A DNA stretch of 64,000 nucleotides, taken from Victivallales bacterium (GTDB lineage Bacteria; Verrucomicrobiota; Lentisphaeria; Victivallales; UBA1829). Under the pieces are notes generated by a model. That model ran no database searches. It saw only the letters and a program-made list of their open reading frames with translations, and was not told the DNA's origin. Positions 20,704-30,352 of this stretch are shown here, piece after piece. The stretch's first letter is position 1. The number at the start of each line of letters is the position of its first letter. The DNA lies in contig JAEEQN010000004.1 in the NCBI GenBank assembly GCA_016285345.1, positions 29,339 to 93,338 on the forward strand, given 5' to 3'. Position numbers and translations under genes: made by a program.

Positions 20704-20750
20704 GGAGGACAAGTCCTCCACTGAGGCAGTGCCGGGCTTCGCTCCGGCAC
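20704..20750 (+). repeat. 47-bp three-hairpin REP-like element, copy after the GH39 stop
   Basis: GGAGGACAAGTCCTCCACTGAGGCAGTGCCGGGCTTCGCTCCGGCAC; homologous to 34898-34944 and 51194-51386. Confidence 0.9.
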
Positions 20751-20761
20751 GAGACTTTTCC

Positions 20762-20808
20762 AAAAATGAATCCCGTGCCGTTTGTCGCGGTACGGGATTC
20801 TTTCTTTC
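20762..20808. terminator. bidirectional intrinsic terminator
   Basis: GAATCCCGTGCCG / CGGTACGGGATTC stem, A run before and T-rich run after, between convergent genes. Confidence 0.7.
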
Positions 20809-20827
20809 TGTTTTTTGATGGAGAAGA

Positions 20828-21664
20828 TTATTCCTCAGCGGAAGCCTGCGGCTTTGCGTCCTTTTTCTCCGCCTCGGCCTCTTCGATGGCCTCTTTTGCC
20901 TCCTCAATGATTTCCTTCGCCTCCTCGGCTTCCCTGGCTTCTTCCTTGGCTTCTTCGGCCTGATACGCCTTCAGCCATTCCTGGAAATCGCCCTCGGGAT
21001 TGAGCGGGATGCGGAGAACGCCGTTTTCATCGGGGATATTGGTATCGGCGTCCTGCGCCTTTTCAACAGGCTTTTTGTCCGGTTTCTGCGCCGGTTTCTT
21101 CGCGGGCTTCTTCGCCTCGGCTTTCTTTTCGCCGGATTTTGCCTCGGCTTTCTTCGGTTCGAGTACCGGCGGCGTGTATTTCTTCACGAAGCCGTCGAGG
21201 TATTCGGCGTAGCGTTTCGGCGGGTCGAAGTCCATGATCTCGTTGATCTTCCGGCGATGCTTCTCCGCGCTGCCGTCCGCCTTGTGAAAATCAATGTAGA
21301 TATCCCCGTTCGCATCCAGCAGCAGGGCGGTCGGCAGAATGGTGATGCCGAACTGCGTGCGGAGCTGCCTGTTCTGCTGGGAGATGTTCTTTGGCTGAAG
21401 ATGGGACGCGTTCGGGAAGTCGATTTTCAGGAGCACGAGCTTTTTGTCGGCGTAGTCCTGAAATTTTCTCTGGCTGAAAATGGTCCGTTCGAGGCTGCGG
21501 TCGGCGGCGGCGTCCGAATTTGTGAACAGGATATAGATCGGGCGCTTTGTTTTCAGCGATTCGGCTTTGGCTTTTTCAAAATCGGTGAACCACTCGCCCG
21601 CGGAGAGAGCGGGGACGAGCACGGCTGTTGTCAGGAAACAGCAAAGGGCGAAAAAGAATTTCAT
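20828..21664 (-). CDS. exported thioredoxin-fold protein lacking CxxC
   Basis: Signal peptide; W.TDFEKA, ILFTNSD, VLLKIDFP, FGITILPTALLLDANG; charged low-complexity tail. Confidence 0.7.
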   Translation of the reverse strand: MKFFFALCCFLTTAVLVPALSAGEWFTDFEKAKAESLKTKRPIYILFTNSDAAADRSLERTIFSQRKFQDYADKKLVLLKIDFPNASHLQPKNISQQNRQLRTQFGITILPTALLLDANGDIYIDFHKADGSAEKHRRKINEIMDFDPPKRYAEYLDGFVKKYTPPVLEPKKAEAKSGEKKAEAKKPAKKPAQKPDKKPVEKAQDADTNIPDENGVLRIPLNPEGDFQEWLKAYQAEEAKEEAREAEEAKEIIEEAKEAIEEAEAEKKDAKPQASAEE

Positions 21665-21766
21665 GGCATCACTCCTTTCTGTTGAGGTTTGTTTGTCGGA
21701 TTTCCTTCATACTATACCACAAAAACGCGGAAAGTCAAGCCGGAAGGGCGGTATGTTCCCTCCGGT

Positions 21767-24700
21767 TCAGCTCAAAACTTTCATGAGCGAATCCTGGGTG
21801 ACGGGTTTCATGACGATGCCGTCGAACATGCTCATGTCGAAGTTCGAGGAGTTCTCCGTATCGGCGGTGACGGCATAGATCGTGATGCCGGCTAAGTCCG
21901 GGTTTGCGCGGACGGCCGAAGCGAGCTCCATGCCGTTCATTTCCGGCATCCAGAGGTCGAACAGGGCGATGTCGGGCTTCGTGGTCTTCATCAGCTCGAG
22001 CGCTTTTGCGCCGGACGGCGCGGAGATCGGGTCGAATCCCATCTTGCGGAGCATGGCGCAGAGGACTTTCACGTTGAGCGGGACGTCGTCGACGACGAGT
22101 ATCTTCTTCGTGAGGTCGAGCTTGCCTCCGCTTGTCTGTTCATCCTGCCTGAGTTCGGCGTCTGCGCAGATCCCGATTTCCGGGAGCAGGATGGTGAACA
22201 CGCTGCCCTTGCCGGGCGTGCTTTCGACCGTGAGGGAGCCCTTCATGCAGTCGACAAGGCGTTTCGCGATGGAGAGTCCGAGTCCGGTTCCGTTTTCCGT
22301 GCGGATGCCGCGGTAGGACGACTTGTCCTGCACGAACGGCTCGAATATCTTGTTGAGGGATTCCTTCGAGATGCCGCATCCGGTGTCGGCGACGCGGATG
22401 GTGATGGCTCCGTGTTTTTCATTGAGTTTGAAGAAAGCGAGCGAGACGGTGACGGAGCCCTGTTTCGTGAACTTGACGGCGTTGCCGATGATGTTCAGGA
22501 GGACCTGGCGGAGGCGGCGTTCGTCCAGGTTGAGGACGGGGAGATCGTCCGGGACGGTCGTGATGAGGTCGATCCCCTGGGATTGCGCCTTGGCCGTGAA
22601 GACGGCTTTCAGCTCGAACATGAGTTCGCGCAGGTTGGTCGGCTCCGGCTGGATGATCATCTGGTCTGCGTCGAGTTTGGAGAGGTCGAGGATGTCGTTG
22701 ATGAGGGAGAGCAGGGCGTTGCCTGCGTAATGGATGCTGCGGAGGTATTCGCTCGCCTCGTTGCGCGGGAGGGATTCGTCCTGGAGCAGCTGGCTGAAGC
22801 CGAGGATGGCGTTAAGCGGCGTGCGGATCTCGTGGCTCATGGTGGCGAGGAAGAGGCTCTTCGCCTTTGCCGCGGATTCGGCGGCCTTGATCGCGTTGTG
22901 CAGCTCCGTGACGTCGCTGCTGCAGCCGAAGATGAGCAGGCGTCCGGATGTGTCCCTGAACGCGACGTGGGAGATCTGCGCTACGCCGAAGCCGTCGTGC
23001 GTGGGCACGTCGACGAGGTGCGTGCAGACTTCGCCGATTCGTTTGGCGGCTTCGTCGTCCATGTCCTGGAATGACTTTGCGAGCTCCGGCTCGAAAAGGC
23101 CGGCGTAGTTCGTGCCGATGATCTTTTCCTCGGTCGTGTTGAGCTGGTAGCAGTATTTCTGGTTCGCCATGAGAAGGCGGTAGCCGTCGTCGTAATCGCG
23201 CACGGTGACGGTGTTGGGCATGATGCTGAAGAGGGTCTTCAGGAAGAGCATTGCGTTCGCCGCCTCGGTTTCCAGGTCGCGGACTTTCGTGATGTCCTGG
23301 ATCATGAAGAAGAACCGCTGGTTTTTCCGGCGGGCGGATTTGTCCTTGACGGCGGTGATGCGGAAATGGCGGCGCTTGCCGAAGAAGTCGCTGCGGAAGG
23401 TGCATTCGAGCATGTCGGACTTGCCGTGGAAAAGCGCGCGCCGCTGCGTGAGGTAGTCCTGAAGGTCATCCGCGAGAATCCAGTCCTCGGCCTGAACTCG
23501 TTTCCCGTTTTCGAAGGGCCAGATGGCGTCGGAGGGCGACGGCGCGTCGAACGTGTCGGTTTCCGGCGTATAGTAGAAATAGCCGAGGCTGGCGAGGGAG
23601 GTCGCGGTCTGGAGCGCGTGCGTCTTGCGGTCGAGTTCCTCGCGGCGTTCGTATTCCTCCGTGATGTCGCGGAAGACGACGATCGCGCCGAGGAGGGCGT
23701 TTTTCGCGCCGCGGATGGGGGAGGTCGAGGTGGAAATGCGGCGCTTCGTCCCGTCCTTGGCGGTGATCGTGAGGCTGTCGCTGTTCGTGACGATGCGGTT
23801 TTCGCGGATGGCGGTCTCGACGGGAGAAAGCGTGGCGGAACCGTCGGGCGACGCGATGTTGAAGATTTCCTGGATGGTCTTGCCTTCGGCTTCCGACTGC
23901 GCGTAGCCGGTCATTTTTTCGGCGGAGTGGTTCACCATCGTGACGAATCCGAGACGGTCGGTGACGATGACGCCGTCGCCGATGGCGCGGAGCGTGAGCT
24001 GGAGTCTGGTCGCGAGGTTGAACGACTTCTCGCGGAGTTCGGCCATCTCGGTGGTGTCCTGCGCCACGACCAGAACGGCTTCATGCTTGAAGATCCGTTT
24101 GTCGAGCTTGGTCAGCGTGACCGTGTAGTTCCTGTCCCCGTGCTTGCGGTTGACGGTCATGGTCTTGCCGGAGATCGCCGTTTCCGCCATCTCGACGCGG
24201 ATCGTGTTGGTCAGTGCCGTGCGGAGGTCGTCGAGGTTCTGCGAGGCGTCCGGGTCGTTGAACGGCACGTGGGCGTAGAGGACCTCGCCGGAGGTGGAGT
24301 AGGCCGCGACGAGGAGCGGCATGTGGCCGTGGATCGCGAGGAAGCGGCTGGTCATGTGACGGTATTTCAGGAAATAGATGAGTCCGCCGAGGACGAACGC
24401 GAGGAGGACGGTGAAGAGGATCGCGAGCGTGGTGAGGAGTTCCTGGTTGCGCTCCGTCCAGGACTGCGGCCTGTTGACCCATTCTGCGTCGGCGGGGATG
24501 GCTTCCTTGTCGTATTCCCAGTAGTTGATGCGCTTGTAGTTGATGACGCAGGTTTCGTCGACGACGGCCGGCGCGATCTTCGCGGCGGGCGACGAGCCTC
24601 TGGCGTTCGCGAGCTGTCCGGTGAGGGCGGCGGTCTTCTTGCCGACTTCCTCGATGGAGGACATGTAGCCGCCGATCGCGAAGTCCAGCAGGACGCGCCG

Positions 24701-25528
24701 CCGCCCGATGATCGGGAGGTCGTCGCGCACCTGCATGAGCTGGTACCAGATGGTCGAACGGCTGCCGATGCTGGGCAGGTAGATGTCCCAGTCGTTGGCG
24801 ACGATGAACGCGTCCGCGGGGGCGGTGGCGAGCTTGCGGAAGGCGGCTTCGCGTTCCGTGTCCGAAATATAGACCGTGGTGAAGTCGCAGATGCCGGCGT
24901 ATTCATTGCGGAGCGTCATGTCCTGCCTTTCGGACCAGCCGAAGCGCGAGGCAAGCAGCACGACGTGCTTGCGTTCCGGGAAGAGTTTGAGGCCGAACTC
25001 GATGTTCGTGCGCGGGTCGATTTGGCGGATGACCGCGGTTGTATTGGGGTGCTCCTGACGCCATTCCTCGGGGAATGCCTTCATGTTGGAAAGGATGATC
25101 GCTGTCTGGTCCGGGACGGAGGAAAGCATTGTCCTGAGCGCTCTGGACGCGGGTTCGCCGAATGCGACGATCAGTTTGTATTTTCCCGCCTCGATCGCCT
25201 CTTTCCTCGGACTGAGCTTCTCTTCCCAGCTGGTCTGGTTCTGATCGTGCAGAGAATCCAGCTCGACCAGGTCGCTTTCGAACATGATGCCGAGGTTCGC
25301 CAGCTCGTTGAAGTACGAGCCGGTCAGGTCCGTGCGGATTTCGCTCGCGGTGTGCTCCGAGAAGATGAGCAGGATATTGAACTGCCGTCTGTCCTGTGCG
25401 GACAGAGGAAACACGGCAAAGCAGAAGAGGAAAAGCAGGACCGCAAGGCGGAAAAGATTCGCATACATAAACAAGCCGGAAAACGGATTCCGGCCAGTTT
25501 CGGCGGTGCAGACGGGACGGATTTTCAT
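21767..25528 (-). CDS. hybrid sensor histidine kinase (periplasmic binding domain, TM, PAS domains, HisKA, HATPase, receiver)
   Basis: IGDGVIVTD (PAS), MSHEIRTPLN, NAVKFT, DTGCGI, GTGLGL, LVVDD..FDLWMP; start uncertain (25528 after GAGGTG, or 25468). Confidence 0.9.
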   Translation of the reverse strand: MKIRPVCTAETGRNPFSGLFMYANLFRLAVLLFLFCFAVFPLSAQDRRQFNILLIFSEHTASEIRTDLTGSYFNELANLGIMFESDLVELDSLHDQNQTSWEEKLSPRKEAIEAGKYKLIVAFGEPASRALRTMLSSVPDQTAIILSNMKAFPEEWRQEHPNTTAVIRQIDPRTNIEFGLKLFPERKHVVLLASRFGWSERQDMTLRNEYAGICDFTTVYISDTEREAAFRKLATAPADAFIVANDWDIYLPSIGSRSTIWYQLMQVRDDLPIIGRRRVLLDFAIGGYMSSIEEVGKKTAALTGQLANARGSSPAAKIAPAVVDETCVINYKRINYWEYDKEAIPADAEWVNRPQSWTERNQELLTTLAILFTVLLAFVLGGLIYFLKYRHMTSRFLAIHGHMPLLVAAYSTSGEVLYAHVPFNDPDASQNLDDLRTALTNTIRVEMAETAISGKTMTVNRKHGDRNYTVTLTKLDKRIFKHEAVLVVAQDTTEMAELREKSFNLATRLQLTLRAIGDGVIVTDRLGFVTMVNHSAEKMTGYAQSEAEGKTIQEIFNIASPDGSATLSPVETAIRENRIVTNSDSLTITAKDGTKRRISTSTSPIRGAKNALLGAIVVFRDITEEYERREELDRKTHALQTATSLASLGYFYYTPETDTFDAPSPSDAIWPFENGKRVQAEDWILADDLQDYLTQRRALFHGKSDMLECTFRSDFFGKRRHFRITAVKDKSARRKNQRFFFMIQDITKVRDLETEAANAMLFLKTLFSIMPNTVTVRDYDDGYRLLMANQKYCYQLNTTEEKIIGTNYAGLFEPELAKSFQDMDDEAAKRIGEVCTHLVDVPTHDGFGVAQISHVAFRDTSGRLLIFGCSSDVTELHNAIKAAESAAKAKSLFLATMSHEIRTPLNAILGFSQLLQDESLPRNEASEYLRSIHYAGNALLSLINDILDLSKLDADQMIIQPEPTNLRELMFELKAVFTAKAQSQGIDLITTVPDDLPVLNLDERRLRQVLLNIIGNAVKFTKQGSVTVSLAFFKLNEKHGAITIRVADTGCGISKESLNKIFEPFVQDKSSYRGIRTENGTGLGLSIAKRLVDCMKGSLTVESTPGKGSVFTILLPEIGICADAELRQDEQTSGGKLDLTKKILVVDDVPLNVKVLCAMLRKMGFDPISAPSGAKALELMKTTKPDIALFDLWMPEMNGMELASAVRANPDLAGITIYAVTADTENSSNFDMSMFDGIVMKPVTQDSLMKVLS

Positions 25529-25814
25529 ATCAGAACACCTCAATTTTCGGCGGATGAAAGTCTGATCGAACGCGGAATGCGACCCCGACGGACTGCATTC
25601 CGTTCTTTCAGTACCATAACTTACATTAAAAAAAAGAGAATGCAAGCCCTGAAACAAGGAAAAAGACATTTTTTTTCGTGTCATCTTGCATTTTCCGGAT
25701 TTCGTGGTATAGTTCTGTACCTAACACTTAGCTTCATCCCCTGCACACTTCAAAACTTTTCCGCTCAGAAGAATGCCGCAATTCGCGGCGTTCCGGCGGA
25801 GCCTGTACCGAACC

Positions 25815-26771
25815 ATGCCGTCCGAAACGAAACAGAACACGCAAACCATCCGCACCGTGCGGTTCGTCACCGTCGTCGGGATGATATTGAACATTGTCCT
25901 GGCCGTCGCCAAGGCTGCGGGCGGACTGTTCTTCTACAGTCAGGCTCTGCTCGCCGACGCCGTGCACAGCTTGTCCGATCTCGTGACCGACCTGGCGGTG
26001 ATCTTCGGCGTGAAATACTGGTCCGCGCCGCCCGACCGGCAGCATCCGTACGGACACGCCCGCATCGAGACGCTCATTTCGGCGTTCATCGGCGTCGCGC
26101 TCGCCGCCGTGGCGGTCGGACTTGTCTGGGACGCCGTCGGCACGCTCCGCCGCGGCTCGGAACACGGCCCCGCCGGATTCGCGTTCGCAATCGCTGTTTT
26201 TTCCGTCGTTTCCAAGGAGGTTCTGTTCCGCTGGACCCGTGCGAAAGCCCGCGCCGTGCATTCGAGCGCGATGGAGGCCAACGCCTGGCATCACAGGAGC
26301 GACGCCATCAGCTCGATTCCCGCCGCGATCGCCATTGCGCTCGCCTACTTCTTCCCGAAACTGAGCTTCGTCGACCCGGTCGGCGCCATCATCGTGTCGG
26401 TCTTTGTCCTGTACGCGGCATGGACGATCGTGCGCCCCACCTTGCAGGAGCTTTCCGAGACGGGCGTCTCCCGCGAAGAGCAGGCGAAGATCTACCGCAT
26501 GGCGACCTCGCTCCCCGGCGTCCTCGGCGCGCATGCGCTCCGCACACGCAATACCGGCGGCGCGATCTGGGCGGACATCCATATCATCGTCAATCCTGAT
26601 ATGACCGTCCGTGAAGGGCACGACCTCTCGCATCGGGTCCGCGACTTGCTTGTGGATTCCGACCTGAACATCGTCGACGTGGTGGTCCATCTGGAACCGC
26701 CGTCTCCGTCACGTTCCAAATCCTCGTCGTCGAAGAATCAGGATCAGCCCGATCTGCCGTTCCAATCCTGA
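25815..26771 (+). CDS. cation diffusion facilitator family transporter
   Basis: ADAVHSLSD, HPYGHAR.E, AWHHRSD, VVVHLEP. Confidence 0.9.
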   Translation: MPSETKQNTQTIRTVRFVTVVGMILNIVLAVAKAAGGLFFYSQALLADAVHSLSDLVTDLAVIFGVKYWSAPPDRQHPYGHARIETLISAFIGVALAAVAVGLVWDAVGTLRRGSEHGPAGFAFAIAVFSVVSKEVLFRWTRAKARAVHSSAMEANAWHHRSDAISSIPAAIAIALAYFFPKLSFVDPVGAIIVSVFVLYAAWTIVRPTLQELSETGVSREEQAKIYRMATSLPGVLGAHALRTRNTGGAIWADIHIIVNPDMTVREGHDLSHRVRDLLVDSDLNIVDVVVHLEPPSPSRSKSSSSKNQDQPDLPFQS

Positions 26772-26953
26772 CCTATTCTAGAAATATACATGTTCTGAAA
26801 ATACTCCGGTTCGCATGGAATCCGAGCCGGTTTCAGGATTGTGTTTTGTTGCGAAAATGACTGAACTATCCGGAAACCGGAAAGGAATTGTGCGGCATGT
26901 CGAATACGCGGAGAAAAAAACGTTAGTTTTTAAGAGTTTTTACGGAAAACGAT

Positions 26954-26982
26954 TTGAAAAATCGGGGAAAATGTGGTAAATT
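26954..26982 (+). promoter_or_regulatory. sigma70-like promoter of the hydrogenase cluster
   Basis: TTGAAA-N17-TAAATT with TG extension. Confidence 0.5.
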
Positions 26983-27092
26983 ATATAATCGATAAAAAAA
27001 TATCGAATGCGTCCGCCGTTGCACCGCGACGTTCGTTTTCGGTCACCTTTCCAACATATACATTGTTTCCACCGCATACCTGGAGCCGTTTT

Positions 27093-27341
27093 ATGAAACG
27101 AAAGATCGTCATCTGTATGGGAAGCAGCTGCTTTGCCCGCGGCAACGAGGAGAATCTCCGCGTGATCGAGGATTTCCTGAAGTCGAACAACCTCCAGGCG
27201 GACGTGCTCCTGTCCGGCCGCTGCTGCGCGGGACTCTGCGCCGAGGGGCCGAACATCATCATTGACGACACGACTTACAGCCACGTGAGCAAGGAAGCCC
27301 TGATCGACATCCTGAACCGCGAGTTTCTCGCGAACAAATAA
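27093..27341 (+). CDS. thioredoxin-like [2Fe-2S] ferredoxin (HfsA-like)
   Basis: ICMGSSCF...CCAGLCAEGPN; GGAG RBS. Confidence 0.85.
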   Translation: MKRKIVICMGSSCFARGNEENLRVIEDFLKSNNLQADVLLSGRCCAGLCAEGPNIIIDDTTYSHVSKEALIDILNREFLANK

Positions 27342-27357
27342 AACCGAGGATTGAGCC

Positions 27358-29097
27358 ATGAACCAGGGATATCCGGTTTTTACCGCCGACGCCGAGTGTC
27401 AGGACTGCTTCAAATGCGTCCGGCGCTGCCCCGTGAAAGCGATCAAGGTCGAAGACGGCCATGCATCCGTCATGCCGGAACTCTGCATCGCGTGCGGCGG
27501 ATGCGTCGAGGTCTGCCCCGTTCACGCGAAGAAGATCCGCGACGATATGACGCGTGCCCGTCAGCTCATCCTCGGCCCCGATCCCGTCTATGTTTCGCTG
27601 GCTCCGTCGTGGGTGAGTGAGTTCAAAGGACTTCCCGCGAAGAACATGATCGCCTCTCTGAAGAAGCTCGGATTCGCCGGAGTGGGCGAGACCGCGATCG
27701 GCGCGCAGGCGGTCTCGGACGCGCTCGCGTTGGAACTGAAGGATTTCAAGAGCGGACTGAAGATTTCGTCCGCATGCCCCGTGGTCGACGATTTCATCTG
27801 CAAATACATGCCCGAGTTCGCGCCGTGCATCACGAAGGTGCTGTCGCCCGCGCTGACGCATGCGAAACTCCTCAAAAAGGAATTCGGCGAGAACGCGAAA
27901 GTCGTGTTCATCGGACCGTGCATCGCGAAGAAGAACGAATCCGACCGCCACGGCGACCTCATTTCGCTTGCAATGCTGTTCTCGCGTCTGCGCCAGTGGT
28001 TCAAGAGCATGCAGATCGACCCGTGGCGCGTGGAAACGACCGACGCGGACGTTTTCGTGCCGCAAGTCGCGCGCGAGGGAACGCTGTACCCGATTGAGGG
28101 CGGCATGAACGACACGATCAAACTGCATCCGGGTTGCGGCCATGTGAAATATGTCGCGGTGACCGGACTTGACAGTCTCCGCCTCACGCTCGAGGGGCTT
28201 CACCCGCGCGACATCCGCGAACCGGTCTTCCTCGAGACGCTCGCCTGCCAGGGCGGCTGCGTCCACGGACCGGGCACGGAACACGGCGCGCCGGGCCTCA
28301 TGGAACGCCTCCGCATCCTCCGCATGGCGGACGTGCCGGAGACGGTCTCCGACCGCGAGCCGGCCGTGACGCTGGACCTGGACTACAAGGAAGCGCCCGC
28401 GGCGGGGAAAGATGTTTCCCTGCACGAGATCCGTCAGGCGCTGCTCCGCGTGGGCAAGAAGGACAAGGAAGACGAACTGAACTGCGGCGGCTGCGGCTAC
28501 AATACCTGCCTCAACTTCGCCAAAGCGCTGATCGCGGGCAAGGCAGAACCGAACATGTGCGTCTCCTACATGCGCAAGCTCGCGCAGAAGAAATCCAACG
28601 CCATCCTGCGGTGCATCCCGGCGGCCGTGGTGATCGTCGACCAGAGCCTCACGCTCATTGAATCCAACCACAGGTTCGCCGAACTCTGCGGCGAATCGGC
28701 GCTCGACGTGTGGAACGTCCTGCCCGGCATGGCCGGCGCGGCGCTCGACACCTTCATCAATTTCTCCGACCTCTTCCGCGAGGTCCTGACCTCGAAAAAC
28801 GAGCTGTCGCGCGACACGATCCACGTGAACGGACGCCTTATAAGCCTGTACATCTTCAACATCGACCCCGGACAGGTCGTCGGCGCGATGATGTTCGACG
28901 TGACGCGCACGGAATTCCGCCGCGAGGAGATCGCCGCACAGGCGCGCGAAGTCATCCGCAAGAACCTGGCAACGGTGCAGGACATCGCGTGCAAGCTCGG
29001 CGAACACATGGCCGACACGGAGATCCTGCTGCGTTCCATCGCGGAAAACTACGCGGATTCGCCGGCCGACGACGAGTTCCAGAAGAAATACAAATGA
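27358..29097 (+). CDS. sensory-type [FeFe]-hydrogenase with FeS and PAS domains (HydS/HfsB-like)
   Basis: N-terminal 2x[4Fe-4S]; variant H-cluster motifs ISSACP, IGPCIAKKNE, ETLACQGGC; NCGGCGYNTC; C-terminal PAS-like region. Confidence 0.85.
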   Translation: MNQGYPVFTADAECQDCFKCVRRCPVKAIKVEDGHASVMPELCIACGGCVEVCPVHAKKIRDDMTRARQLILGPDPVYVSLAPSWVSEFKGLPAKNMIASLKKLGFAGVGETAIGAQAVSDALALELKDFKSGLKISSACPVVDDFICKYMPEFAPCITKVLSPALTHAKLLKKEFGENAKVVFIGPCIAKKNESDRHGDLISLAMLFSRLRQWFKSMQIDPWRVETTDADVFVPQVAREGTLYPIEGGMNDTIKLHPGCGHVKYVAVTGLDSLRLTLEGLHPRDIREPVFLETLACQGGCVHGPGTEHGAPGLMERLRILRMADVPETVSDREPAVTLDLDYKEAPAAGKDVSLHEIRQALLRVGKKDKEDELNCGGCGYNTCLNFAKALIAGKAEPNMCVSYMRKLAQKKSNAILRCIPAAVVIVDQSLTLIESNHRFAELCGESALDVWNVLPGMAGAALDTFINFSDLFREVLTSKNELSRDTIHVNGRLISLYIFNIDPGQVVGAMMFDVTRTEFRREEIAAQAREVIRKNLATVQDIACKLGEHMADTEILLRSIAENYADSPADDEFQKKYK

Positions 29098-29115
29098 CCC
29101 TCGGATGAACGGACG

Positions 29116-30300
29116 ATGAGCGAACCTTTCTTCATAGACCTCGGATTCAGCCAGTGCCGCAAGCACGGCGAGGATATCTGCGGCGACGCCTTCAAGTTCA
29201 TCAAGAACATGGAGGATTCGCGCGTGGTGGCCGTGCTGTCGGACGGTCTGGGCAGCGGAGTGAAGGCGAACATCCTCGCCTCCATGACCGCGACGATGGC
29301 GCTGAAGTTCGCCAACGAGCTCACCGGCCCCCGCGGCATCCTGCACGCCGCCGAGATCATGATGGACGCCCTCCCGATCTGCCAGGTCCGCAAGATCAGC
29401 TACGCCACGTTCACGATCCTGAACGCCTGGCCGGACGGCAATGTCCGCATCATCGAGATGGGCAATCCGGCGTTCGTGCTGCTCCGCAACGACAAGGTCG
29501 TCGATGTGCCGTACGACGAGCTGAACCCGTCCAAATACGACAACCGCAGCATGAAGGTGTACCACTTCAAGGTCGACATGTGGGACCGCATCGTCTTCTT
29601 CTCCGACGGCGTCACGCAGGCCGCGATCGGCTCGGATGATCTCCCGCTCGGCTGGCGCGAGAGCGGCGTGTCCGATTACCTCGTGGAGTATCTGAGCAAC
29701 AGCCTGGATGCGTCCTCCTACGAAGTCGCGGAACACGTGATCGCCGAGGCGATCAGCAAGGAGCCGCATAACATCAACAAGGATGACATGACCTGCGCCG
29801 CGCTGTATTTCCGCAATCCGCGCGAGATGCTGCTTTTCACCGGGCCTCCGTACGATTCCGCCCGCGACGCCGAATGCGCGTCGTTCCTGAAGAACTTCGT
29901 GGGCGACAAGGCGATCTGCGGCGGCACCAGCGCGGAGATCGTGTCGCGCGAACTCGGCCGTGAACTGAAGATGGATCTGTCGAGCATTTCCCCGGATATG
30001 CCGCCGATGTCCACCATGGACGGCGTCAACCTCGTGACGGAAGGCATCTTCACGCTCTCGAAGGCCGCGAGCTACCTGGAGGAAGTCGACGGAGGCCGTC
30101 ACAACGATCCGGCCGGTCTCCTGACCCGCCTGATGCTCCGCAACGACGTGATCACGTTCCTGGTCGGGACGCGCATCAACGAGGCGCACCAGGACCCGAA
30201 CCTGCCGCACGACCTGGAGCTGCGCCGCAACATCGTGCAGCGTCTGGCGCGCACGCTGGAGAACCAATATCTGAAGAAAGTCGTCATCAAATACGTTTGA
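29116..30300 (+). CDS. SpoIIE/PP2C-family serine phosphatase (HfsC-like)
   Basis: ICGD, LSDGLGSG, SDGVTQA, DDMTC, ICGGTSA. Confidence 0.88.
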   Translation: MSEPFFIDLGFSQCRKHGEDICGDAFKFIKNMEDSRVVAVLSDGLGSGVKANILASMTATMALKFANELTGPRGILHAAEIMMDALPICQVRKISYATFTILNAWPDGNVRIIEMGNPAFVLLRNDKVVDVPYDELNPSKYDNRSMKVYHFKVDMWDRIVFFSDGVTQAAIGSDDLPLGWRESGVSDYLVEYLSNSLDASSYEVAEHVIAEAISKEPHNINKDDMTCAALYFRNPREMLLFTGPPYDSARDAECASFLKNFVGDKAICGGTSAEIVSRELGRELKMDLSSISPDMPPMSTMDGVNLVTEGIFTLSKAASYLEEVDGGRHNDPAGLLTRLMLRNDVITFLVGTRINEAHQDPNLPHDLELRRNIVQRLARTLENQYLKKVVIKYV

Positions 30301-30352
30301 CATAACTTATTTGCCATACCCAAACCCTCACATCAACCCCATGGAGAAACCT

